Origin: Priapulus caudatus
Taxonomy: Eukaryota
Assembly (NCBI RefSeq): GCF_000485595.1
Contig: NW_014577074.1
Span: 428,828 to 472,431 of the forward strand
DNA: 43,604 nucleotides
Direction: 5' to 3'
Shown piece by piece: positions 1 through 12,000 of this stretch (its first letter is position 1; the number at the start of each line of letters is the position of its first letter). Both the position numbers and the translations under genes were made by a program. The notes under the pieces are model-generated. The model worked only from the letters and a program-made list of their open reading frames with translations, was not told the origin of the DNA and did not search any database.

Positions 1-149
1 TTTACTAGAATCCCACCACTCCACCACAGAGTCACCGCAGTAGACGTCAGATGAGCGCTGTCGCTCTGCGGCACTTGTTTTCGGCATGTAATGGTAACTA
101 CACATATATTTTGTTTTGGCCTAAGAATACATTTTTGACAATTTTACAG

Positions 150-705
150 GTTGGAGCTGTACTGCCGTGACTTAACCAAGCGTTTCACGGATGTGCGGAT
201 AATCAGTGGACCACTGTGGCTTCCTCGGGAGCAAAATGGGAAAAATATGGTCACCTACCAAGTTCTTGGCAAGAACAATGTGGCCGTGCCCACTCACTTG
301 TTCAAGGTTATCCTTGTTGAGGGAGCATCAGGTGGCTCTCACCAGGCCCTGTCAGCCTTTGTCGTGCCAAATGAGCCCATCTCCAAGCATCAGCAACTGA
401 AGGATTTTCTCGTGCCACTTGAGCATTTGGAAAAGGTGGTCGGCTTTCGCTTTCATCCACAGCTAAATCGAGCACTGCTGAATAATCTGTGCAAGGTCGA
501 CGAATGTCGACTCGCGTCGGCAGACGATTTGGAGTTGTATTACATTCGCAAGAACCTTGGTGCTGCATCATCAACAAAGCAGCTAGATAGTGTCTGGAAG
601 GAACTGGAGCGTAAGAAGCTGAAACCTGACAAGCAACTCATGGATATGTATAACAAGAAGAGGCAGCAATTGTTGCAAAACGCAGAGAGAAAAAGTGAAC
701 TGTGA
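150..705 (+). CDS. EXOG: Last coding exon of mitochondrial endo/exonuclease EXOG (endonuclease G-like); upstream exons lie outside the window
   Basis: Acceptor ttttacag ends at 149. Translation ELYCRDLTKRFTDVRIISGPLWLP...VTYQVLGKNNVAVPTHLFKVIL...AFVVPNEPI...NLCKVDECRL matches the EndoG-family core and continues into the EXOG-type helical C-terminal extension. Stop TGA 703-705; AATAAA at 833-838. Confidence 0.92.
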
Positions 706-2977
706 GAGTGAATGAGCGATATGTAGGTGCTCAAAAATTAATAGTGGGATAGATTTTAACTCGCCCTCCACTACAAATTTACTCATCTTCCTTTTAAAAA
801 AATTGTCCAGATGCTATTTAATACGAAAGTCAAATAAAGAAATTAAGTGGCATTTAGATGCTCAAAAACAGGTTAAAACTAGCATTTACTGATGCTGTGA
901 GTGCTTGCAATTTTGAACAAATGGTCGTGGTGGTTCATTTACTTTTTACGAATTACATTCATCACTTCACATGGCTTTGTGCTAAATGTGGCATCTTTGG
1001 AACATCTTTATGTGGTAATTAAGAACTGTTAGTGTTTCCAGGAACATTTATGACAGCTTTTCGTTGGGGAATGCAGATTTAACCAAAATGGTACACGAAC
1101 CATGTCAATCACAGGTAGGCAAGGTTCTGGGCGAGTTAGTTGCTTTAATACGCGTGTTATGACATGCAAGCAGAAGGTTCTATTGTAGAACCCTTTATAC
1201 GAATATAATAGATACTGTATAGGAGGACAAGTATATGTGATTATGTCTATAATATGATAGCTAATTTAGATAGTTAATACAAAAAATAAATAAATTTTGT
1301 CATGATAGCTATAAGCAATACAGCTGACAATTGGATTTGCACAACTAGTTGTGCCATCAGTGTTGTAAGCAAATTATTATTGACAGTTTTAAAATATTAA
1401 ACAAATATTTTAATGAATTTGGAACATTGTTAGTGTAGCATAAGTTGATCATACTTGTAACTGAAAATATGTATTACACCTACAGTAGGTTCCCTTTAAA
1501 ATGTCACATTTAATGTTCATTTTAGTAATGTAATGAAAATGTTTCCTTTGTGACTCCATGCTAAAACGCAAGAATTTCTCCTAGCATCAGACCCTCCCAG
1601 AAAAAGATGGGCATAGCTCACAGTTTCGATTTGTGGCAGTGCCATTAGTCCAAACTGCAGGTACCTTTTTCTCAAGTTAATGAAAAATCTGATATATTAT
1701 CTAAGATCATAAGTAGCCTAGTCACCAACGCAACAACGATAGCTCAAAATTTATCTAACAGCCCAAATATAAACATTAAAAGTGAAGCCATTTATAGCAA
1801 TGAAGATTCTACCCTTTTTCAGAAAAGGTAGCTGCCAGCTATCATGCTTAGAAACAAGTATCTATAATTAGCCTTAAATTAAACCAGGATACTAAACTGC
1901 CAGGTCTAATGATACTGGTGCAGTATTGCACCAAAAAAGTGATGATCACTGTAGAATCTGGATTAGCTCTTTCCAGTAACAACAAAAGCATATCACTAGC
2001 TGTCAGATGAGCATTGATGACATGCCGCACTAGCTGCTTGCCTTAGGTAACTGGGCGTTTACAGGCCAATGGACGGAGTTACAAGCACACCATCCAACTA
2101 AGTCACATGAGATGAAAAGATCCGAACATACTACAGGTTAAGTATATCAGTAAATGTATATAGGATCTACATATTTAAGCATATATAACACATTTTATTA
2201 TACAAATGGTGATACTAACACTGTAAGAGAGGGCACTTGGTTAAGATGAGTGAGCTGTAGCACTTGTAATAAATCTGTCAGAGATTGGACGAAATTGAGA
2301 TTACATAAGCATACATACTACTAAACGAACTTTCACAAAAAAGAAACCGATGCATAGCATGGCATATACAACACAACAATGGCAATTGGCAATCTCATAT
2401 AAAGTATTCAAACTAAAATTCCATCGACTCCTATTTCACCTCCAACATATATATGTACACACAGTTGATTCATGTGGTAGACCCACGATTCATCATCCAC
2501 AATGAACATAAAATATACTAACTGGAAACTACTGGACTCCTAGCCTATCCATGATATCTGTACTCAACAGGGGATCTATGTTTTCAACCTGCTATCATGA
2601 GGTTGTAATATAGATATTATGTACATTCCCTCATCATTAGCAAAATTATTAGAACACATCTGCTGAAAGAACACTTTGAATATTCTGCTCTAAACGTTGT
2701 ACATAATCCTATTGTAATGTACTTTAGGCCCCAGATTGTAATCACAATTAGTTTTACTAGTACAGATAATACTTAGTATAGGTACTACGAAATATCAGAA
2801 CAAATTGCTACCTTATGTAGATTGCTTACATAGCCTGCAGCATCGAAACTGCAACTCTTTACAAAAAACTAAAATAAACATGAATGCCATTTTAAAGTTG
2901 GGTTGTAATCCCTTTTCAAACAACCTCTATAAATTATTAAATTTAAAAGGGTCATGGAGTCAGGGTCAGTGGGTGTA

Positions 2978-3094
2978 TTATGCATCTGACCAGTAGTGAT
3001 CAAGCTCTTCCTCAGATTCATCAGAGTCTGGCCGTCCATAGTCAATTGCACCTTTATTTTCTAGGACATTTTTTGCAGCAGCATTGTTGATATC
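2978..3094 (-). CDS. MIS18BP1: MIS18BP1 terminal coding exon (DINNAAAK...SEEELDHYWSDA*)
   Basis: Phase-0 acceptor at 3095-3096; TAA at 2980-2978; acidic and aromatic tail typical of M18BP1. Confidence 0.8.
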   Translation of the reverse strand, partial: DINNAAAKNVLENKGAIDYGRPDSDESEEELDHYWSDA

Positions 3095-6000
3095 CTAAAA
3101 TATAAGATGTTCTCTGTGGTACACATTCATAAAAATATAGATACACGTCCAATGTCCTATTATGATGACATATCTGCCGCATCCCTGAATTTATCTACAA
3201 TGCAATGTCCTTTATTAATGTTCACGTAACTGTGATCTGGGGGGGAGGGGATTACTGTTAAAACGTTAAATCACAGCCAAGTGTCTGTTTATGAGATAGA
3301 AAGTTGCGTAAATATATTCTCAAGTGCACACAAACATTTAAAAGCTCTAGTACCTTGCTGTGTTGGCTGGTGGCTGACTGTAGTTTTGAAGGTTCTGGTG
3401 TGGCATGATCAAATCTTCTTCCTTGATACTTATGAATATATCGATCAACTTGATTTCTGAAATACATATAATAGCATTACAAATAAAAAGGTTTTTAACA
3501 CAAGAGCAATTTATTTTTCTATCTGTGCCACAGAATGATTGACTTGGACACTTACATGTTTGCACTAAAGACGACTGGTGTTGTGAAACTACCAAACTTG
3601 GGTGTCTTCTTTTTGGATGGTGGAACCCATGTGATAGCTCTCTCACCGGGCGTTCTCATGAAACTCTTCATCGTACTAGCACTCAGAGAATCCATGAAGC
3701 TGTCTCCTTCTACTAAGCTTGCCTGCAATATGTGTGTAAGTTAAGTTTTAGATGGTGAAGGGAACAAATTGAGTCGGCATGGTAACAATGATGCAGTTGA
3801 CATTGATCTCATGATGCCCTAAAACGGCAGGATTGGACGTGCTATGGAAGAATTGATCATGAGCATACGCGGAAAATTATCTCTGCTCATGAAATTACCT
3901 TAGCTTTCTTCGGATTATTCCTAAAGGGAGTTGAATCAAATAGATCGTCCTCACTATACCCCTCATCATGTTGCTCCAACATATCTCTCATCTGTCTCTT
4001 GCGTTTCATCGTTCCCTTTTTCGCTGTTATCAGAGCTGGTGCTTTAGCTAGAATGACGGTATTTACTTAAATTACTCGGGTCACCTTGTTGCTGCATAGA
4101 AACTACACAAAAAGACTACTAGAGAATTACTAACACAAATTCACTGGCCACAGGCATATGAGCTGTAATTAGTTATCTATCTTACTTTCAAGTCTAATGC
4201 TTGGTATATAAACTGTGCTCCACAAATACACTATGCTCCACAAATACAATGTGCATGTTGCCATATATTACTTATATGGATCACTAAGATATAAACATAT
4301 TTTATATAGAGATTCACGTAACCGAATTTGCCGCTATCACTATATATTTGGTTAGTGCATTCATCTGAATAATTCACAATTCTGGTAAATGCAGAATGAA
4401 AATGAAAGAACTAAATGAAAATCAGGCTTTGTAGTAAGCACTGTGGTGAGCCCACTGCTACACTAGATATCCCAATAATATGCACTCCAGCAAGTTATTA
4501 TTACCTTTCTTCATTGACTTTTTCTCGTCTGATAACTCATCATCTTCATAGTAGAACTGATGACATTCCATAGCTGTCCGGTTGCCCATATAATTAGCAA
4601 CGTCATTCCAGAAGGTTCGTGAGGATGGATTAAATCTGAGCATTGTTCTGAGAGTAAAGACAATCAAACTTACACAAAGATGTATATGACAGTTATAAAT
4701 AAGAATTTAACCTACACATGTATCAACACTTAATCATTCCATCTATTTATTAACAATAAACCAGCAGGATTACCTTTCTAGCTTGCTAACGTCTTTTTTA
4801 TCCCACACGGCATTTTTGTCTGCTTCCAGTTGATTACAGGTGCTCCCACGTGTAGAACTAGTACATTTTTCTACATATTGATTGCGTTTTCCATCACCTA
4901 TAATCCAATCAATTGCTTGTCTTTCAGGTGACATGTTATGTAATTTACTTAGCAAAAGACTCACTAGATAAAAATCAAAAGGCCTACTGCTTAGGGTAGA
5001 TTAGAATGTAACGTTTACTACAGAAATGAGTTCTAACATCCATAAATTTGTGGAAGATATTGACACCATAATGACATGGCTAATGCTACAGACTGTAATA
5101 AAAAATAAACCGTAGATTTACTAACCGGATGACTTGGTTCTACTTGATGCCTTTGGAGTTTCAGTGATGGCGCACGTCATTTCCACTTTAGAATCTTGGA
5201 CCACGGGCACTCGAGTATGCCTCCAGGAAAGCAGAGGTGGAGTATCTAGTTCATCATTATCATCATCACAAAGGCTGATAATCCTGTTCCTTTGTCCCAA
5301 TTCCTCCCCTGCTGACTCATTTAGCAGTAAAACTCTAGCCTTTCTGCTTTTTTCTATTTCATATGTAGTTCCACATTCCTTGGCTTGTTTGTGAATGTGT
5401 TTTTTATTATCTAGTATATTAGCCTTTTTTAGCACACCATTTCGCTTTTGTTCCAATCTCTGCTTTGTTCGTTTCTCCTCAATCTCATCACAGACTCCTG
5501 CATTTCTTATACTTTCTCTTTTCCCTCTTCTCTTTGACCGCCTTAAAGGTTCCTCCTCAACCTCACTACCCGCTACTTCATTTTGCACACCTTTACTTCT
5601 ACCTTTCCTTTGTCCAACAATACCTTTTGTAACCACCTGATATTCTTTATCATTTCTTACGCTGTTTGTCTTCTCTATCTTCTTTGGCCGCCTTATAGGT
5701 TCCTTTTCAACCTCGCTATCTTCTGATTCATTTCTCGTCCTTTTTCTTGATTTTCTTTGGCTGAACCGAAATACAGGTTCCTTGTCCACCTCATCATCCC
5801 CTACTTCATTCCTCATTGTTGCTCTTTTTGCTCTTCTCCTGATCTGTCTTACAGGTTCCTCTTCAACCTCACTATCTTCTGCTTCATTTCTAATTTCTTT
5901 TCCTGTCTTTCGTCCCCTTAACAAAAATACAGGTTCCTCTTCAACATCATTATCATCTACTTCATTTTGCATTCCTTTACTTCCGCCTTTCCTTGATTGT

Positions 6001-9000
6001 CCCATAAGCTCCTCTTTATTCTCACTATCTTCATTATTATTTCTCTCGCTTTTCAACGGCTCTCTTCTCTTTGACCGCCTTATAGGCTCCTCTTCAAACT
6101 CACTACCCGCTACTTCATTCCTCATTGTTGCTCTTTTTGCTCTTCTCCTGATCTGTCTTACAGGTTCCTTTTCAACCTCACTATCTTCTGCTTCATTTCT
6201 AATTTCTTTTCCTTTCTTTCGTCCCCTTAACAAAAATACAGGTTCCTCTTCAACATTATTATCATCTACTTCATTTTGCATTCCTTTACTTCTGCCTTTC
6301 CTTGATTGTCCCATAAGTTCCTCTTTATTCTCACTATCTTCATTATTATTTCTCTCGCTTGTCAACGGCTCTCTTCTCTTTGACCGCCTTATAGGTTCCT
6401 CTTCAACCTCACTACACGCTACTTCATTTTGCATTCCTTTACTTCTACCTCTCCTTGATTGTCCCATAAGCTCCTCTTTATTCTCACCATCTTCATCATT
6501 ATTTCTCTCGCTTTTCAACATCTCTCTTCTCTTTGGCCGACTTATAGGTTCCGCTTCAACCTCACTACCCGCTAATTCATTTTGCACTCCTTTACTTCTA
6601 CCTCTCCTTGATTGTCCCATAAGCTCCTCTTTATTCTCACTATCTTCATCATTATTTCTCTCGCTTTTCAATGGCTCTCTTCTCTTTGGCCGACTTATAG
6701 GTTCCTCTTCAACCTCACTACCCGCTACTTCATTTTGCACTCCTTTACTTCTACCTTTCCTTTGTCCAACAAGACCTTTTGTAACCACCTGATCTTCTTT
6801 ATCATTTCTTACGCTGTTCGTCTTCTCTATCTTCTTTGGCCGCCTTATAGGTTCCTTTTCAACCTCACTATCCCCCACTTCATTCCTCGTTGTAGCTCTT
6901 TTCTCTCTTCGCCTTAATCGCCGTATGGGGTCCTCTTCACTTTCACTATCAACTACACGTCTCACTCTTTTCATTCTCGTCGACTGCCTAGTTGATTCCT
7001 CCCTAACTTCACTATCAATTACACCACTTTTTACTCCTGCTCTTCTCTTCCTTTGCTTCACTGCCTTTGATGATTCTGCTTTAACTTCACTATCTATCAA
7101 CTGCTCTCTTCTGTGGGACACATTTGTGAGCGTTACATTAAACTTACTACCCATCGAGTCATTTCTTTCGCTCTCCATCTTTGTATTGGTTTTAGGAGTA
7201 CTGGTGCGCCTGCCGAAACGCTGAAACAGGCATCAGTTTACATATTAAATTAAATGATAATTATAAGAAGTTACTTCATATTTTCATTTCAAAACACCAA
7301 TCTACCTGATATTTGTCAGTATATTTCTCACTAACCATCTCAATTAACATTTATTGTTGGCATATGCATAGCCTTGTGTTCCTATGATGACAGGAAAGCT
7401 TTCTGCTCCACTCCCATGAATTAAAACATAGGCTCACCCTATGTTTGTCATTTTCTCTTCAACTATTACCCACCGATTTTGATAGTCTATTTCAAGAGCA
7501 CGTAAACCCTAGAGCGAGCGATGATAAAAACTGAAAACCATATTTTAAATTCAGTTGAATTAAGTAAGGTAACATTACAGGTACATCAACTTAGGTTATG
7601 CACATAATTTAAACAATGTACTACTTTTAGTAATCAGCAATTCTTGCTAGAATTATTGAGACCCACCGCTCGTCCATGCCACGTTCTCGAGCCGAGCTAG
7701 AAGTGCATACACTAGACGTATCTATACCAGATTATTATAGGCATTTTCGGTTGGGGCACGAGAACTCTCTCTCTCACTCGCTCTCTCTCTCTCTCAGCTT
7801 TTAGAGCCGAAGAAAAGTTGGTGTTTTCGTTAGTCATTGACCATGATTTGACGAATAAGATCAATGAAATTAGGGAACATATGCGATGTACATTACGTGT
7901 ATGTACAAGGAATGCTGGTTGCATCTAGGCCACATTGTTTTCATTAGTTATTGCAGGGCAAAGTGATTGAGTGTAGTATGTTGGTGTTGTCAATTATCAG
8001 TATATTAAGTTATAATCACCACAGAACATGTTATATGTTACCATAGTTATGGCCTGCCCATTGTGTTAGCCTAATAAGAGCACTGCCAAATAAAGATTAT
8101 GGTAAAATCAGCTGCTGCCGGTAGATTACAACTGAATCATTAAAAATCACTGAGTTATTTCTGGCTGTGATAATCGGAGATCCTCTATGCACTTCTAGCT
8201 CAGCTCAGCAACACAACGGAGACAGTTGGCTGATCCTATTGATTCAAGCAAGCACAGCTGATAAAGTGGAACGTCATTCAAACTATGCGGTTAAAATATT
8301 TAATTTTAGTGAAAACAAATTTTATGTTTTCATCTTTATTTGCTATAGAGTTCATGTGCTCTTGATTACTTGCTCAAAAAGAATTGCTGGGCACGTGGTT
8401 GCTTCCCCTAGTGTTCAGGGAGGAACACATAGGGACATAGATGTGACATAATCATTAAAAAATAAATTATTGGTCACATTATGTAAATGTGCACGTGACA
8501 CTATCATATCATTAACCAACACTAAAAAAATAAAAATAAAGAGAACTCCCACTGCACATGTGTTTAAACGTTTGCTTTTGCAGATATATTCTGCAAACAA
8601 CTTATCAATGGAAAATTCAGTAATTCAATGCAGTACTTTCTTTTCTATTGCTATTACTAATAATTATTTTGGCTGATCAAGTTCAGCTATAGGTAAACTA
8701 TCATTTTGTTTTTATACATCCGACATTCTTTTGCCCCAGGAAAACGCTCTTACTTGTACCGATTTATAATTAATGGTCGGTGTTAAATGATCTGCCGTCT
8801 CCACATGTATAGTGACATGTCCATCTTCAGACCACTGATTGGTCATTACCCTTGACCCAGTCCAGTAGGCGAGTGGAGGTATGACTGTGCGGCCTGATCT
8901 TGACTGTGGCAGGTCCGCCACCTGCAACTTGTCATCATTCCACACTGCCAACAGAGATAAGTCCACAATGCATACCTAATTTCCAGCTAAAGAATGCTTG

Positions 9001-12000
9001 GTTTACTGAGTCATTCATTATAAAAGGAATAAATAGGAACTCAACTACACTTCACCATGCCATATGTTTGTACATACTTTATTTGAGTTGTAACGCATGA
9101 ATACACATAAAATGAGATCCTCACCCGATGTGCACAATATGCTAGTTGAATCCAGGCAATCATCATCATCATCGCTATCGTATCTCTTGTAATAGTGATT
9201 TTTAATGACCTCTTTCCAGTTCAATGGGAAGCCAGTTGCAAAAGCTTTAAGCACTGGGACTGTCATATCTGCAAAACACAAAAGTTACATAGTACTTTAT
9301 TGGTGGTTAATAATAGTTTACTTGGCTATCACATCTGTAAATGCTAACAAGAATACAGTCTAGACCTTCCCCTTTGAGCCTGCGTGATACTGAACCATTT
9401 CCATTCACTCAGCTGTCAAATCAGTGACACCAGAGTGACACTGTGTGCAGTATACAATTTCATTAGTGACACATTACTGAGGATAGAATACGGCAGCTTT
9501 AACCTAGTACAATATTAATATGGGTCCACATACTATAACACTGATTATGACAAAAATAATCTGGATTTATATTTAAAATACAGTAATATCCCACGCTACA
9601 ACAACCCAGGTTTATGTCAACTTACAGATACATTATTTGTAAATTATTACCTCTTTTACTTACAACTTGAAATGAAAATTTGCACTCGGGTAACTTTTCA
9701 AAAGAATTAGTGGGATTTTCTACCCAAAAATGTAGTGGTAAATCAGTAAATCACTATAGATAACATTCATGTAATTAATATGCAACCAGCTGCTAACACA
9801 ACTGGGGGGCCTCTTTTATATGTGTAACATACCGCTATGATATAAGACGGTTTGGCCTACACGTGGACTGCTTATGAATTGTATTTCTGTAATCAGCCCC
9901 CCACCCCACCCACATCTAGTATAGTCTAGGTTCACATCACCTATTTAAGAGCAGTTCACAACGACCACAACTGCTACAGTGAGCCGTACAATTGAAAAAG
10001 AACTGTAAACAGGCAGAACTGGCTTTAAGGTTAGAGCCTGGTGACTACCTTTAGAATTTACCAAACAGAGGAAAGATGGCTAGAAGGCCAAACCTTATGG
10101 ACATGGACAGACGCAATAGCACAGTACTGTTGCGGTGGGAGGGAGTGGAGCTGCAATTTTCTCGTGTTTCCGCCTAGATTAGTAAATTTGTTGCCTGCTT
10201 TTTTTGCAGCAAGTACTTGCTACCTGGCATCAAAGTTCATTTCTAACCTCTACTGTGTTACACCATCAGATAATTAACATATCTGTTTGAAAAGGATTAA
10301 GTGCATTCATAATTATCATTCTAGTTCATCGTTCAGCCAAACGATTACCCGTAGGTATGCACATCCAATTATATATCGGAAGCCAATAAGAAAACGTTAT
10401 TCACATTACAGATTTTTCTGTTAACAATGGTTATTGGAATGCAGTATGTAATGTATGGTTATGCTGTATTGCCCTACCTGGTTGTGTCCAGGCAACCTTA
10501 GACAACGGACCACTGAGCCTGTATGTTGAGCCACTGATAGTCTGTACAACTTTGGCAGTCACTCGCTTTACAATGGCAGCACTATGCCAATACCGAGCAA
10601 TTTCGTCACCATTGCTACAAGAAATAAAAAGTAAATATTGTGAAAATAACTGACATAGCATATATATCAGATATATACATGTTTATCATTGTGCAAACAC
10701 ATGTATTAATAACATTTGGATTACACAAAATGTCCAGAAAGATGTAGCCGGATCTTACCACACTTTTTATCATAAAAAAGAGATATACATCACTTGTACA
10801 CAACAAACACATATTGGAATTTAAAAATGTATGTCGAAGTAAAAGGAGTCTATCAATTGATAGACTCCTGAGAGTATTGTTATGCAAAAAACACAAATGA
10901 TCAAACACAACTGCACATCCATGACATCATTTGCTAGTTTATAATACTTGGCTGCCACACCCTTAGCTATTCCTATTACAGATGAATCAACACCAATAAA
11001 TATTTACTTTGTTTAACAAATTAAGTAGCATTCAAATACAGAGATTACCATTATGTTGCACTTGTAAGTAGGATGAAGGTAGGTTATGATGAAATATGAT
11101 GGACACAAAATCTTACCCCACCCCGTATGATTATATAGCTGTAAATTATATAATATATGCCTACCTTAATTTTTCTTTAGATCCTTCCAAACAGATCTTG
11201 CCAGTTTTCCCATTTCCTGCCTTCATGATTGTCCAGTTGTACAGGAATGTAGGTTTGCATTCATTTGCAGCACACTTTTTTCTCATATTCTGATGTTGTG
11301 TTGCTTTCTCTTGATCCTTCTCGTGTGGTGTCATCTTCTCTTCTTCTTTCTCATGTTGCACCACCTTCTTTTCTTCCTTTCTATGTTGCATCATCTTCTC
11401 TTGTTTCTTCTCAGATTGTGCCACCTTCTCCTGTTCCTTCACATGTTGCATCACCTTCTCTTGTTCCTTTCTATGTTGCATCATCTTCTCTTGTTTCTTC
11501 TCAGATTGTGCCACCTTCTCCTGTTCCTTCACATGTTGCATCACCTTCTCTTGTTCCTTTCTATGTTGCACAATTTTCTCTCGTTGATTCCTATGTTGCA
11601 CCATCTTCTCTTGTTCCTTTCTATGTTGCACAATTTTCTCTCGTTGATTCCTATGTTGCACCATCTTCTCTTGTTCCTTCTTATGTTGTACAAACTTCTC
11701 TTGTTTCGTTTGCGTGCTCATTACGAGGACATGGCTAAACCCTCAAGTGTGTTCGACGTTGTGTCAAGGCAATATGTTATGATTTGTTGTAGTAGAATAG
11801 GTATATATGTGATCTACGCTATCATGATAAATTCATCCCTGAGTCAATAAGACACTTTGCAGTAGATTAAGAACTCTAACACTGCATTCTAACACGAAAA
11901 CATACACCTAGCTAAATGGAAACCCTAGGATAAGTGACAGAGGACATAATCATGCCTATAGATCATCATGCAGCTTGCGTGCAGATGTGATTATACTAGA

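Noticed and set aside
5782..6792. 336-aa Ser/Leu/Phe-rich plus-strand ORF and neighbouring ORFs
   Set aside because: Antisense shadow of the repetitive MIS18BP1 exon; splice sites and domain context support the minus strand.
7480..7518. Possible 39-bp phase-0 MIS18BP1 micro-exon (GLRALEIDYQNRW)
   Set aside because: It has AG/GT ends, but the flanking exons already join in frame and there is no motif support; needs RNA-seq.
11290..11706. Regular ~30-bp repeats resembling a CRISPR array
   Set aside because: Contiguous tandem units with no unique spacers, in-frame coding, eukaryotic context and no cas genes.
11265..11850. Hydrophobic MLHHLLLF-repeat ORFs that resemble a membrane protein
   Set aside because: Antisense frames of the 30-bp coding repeat.
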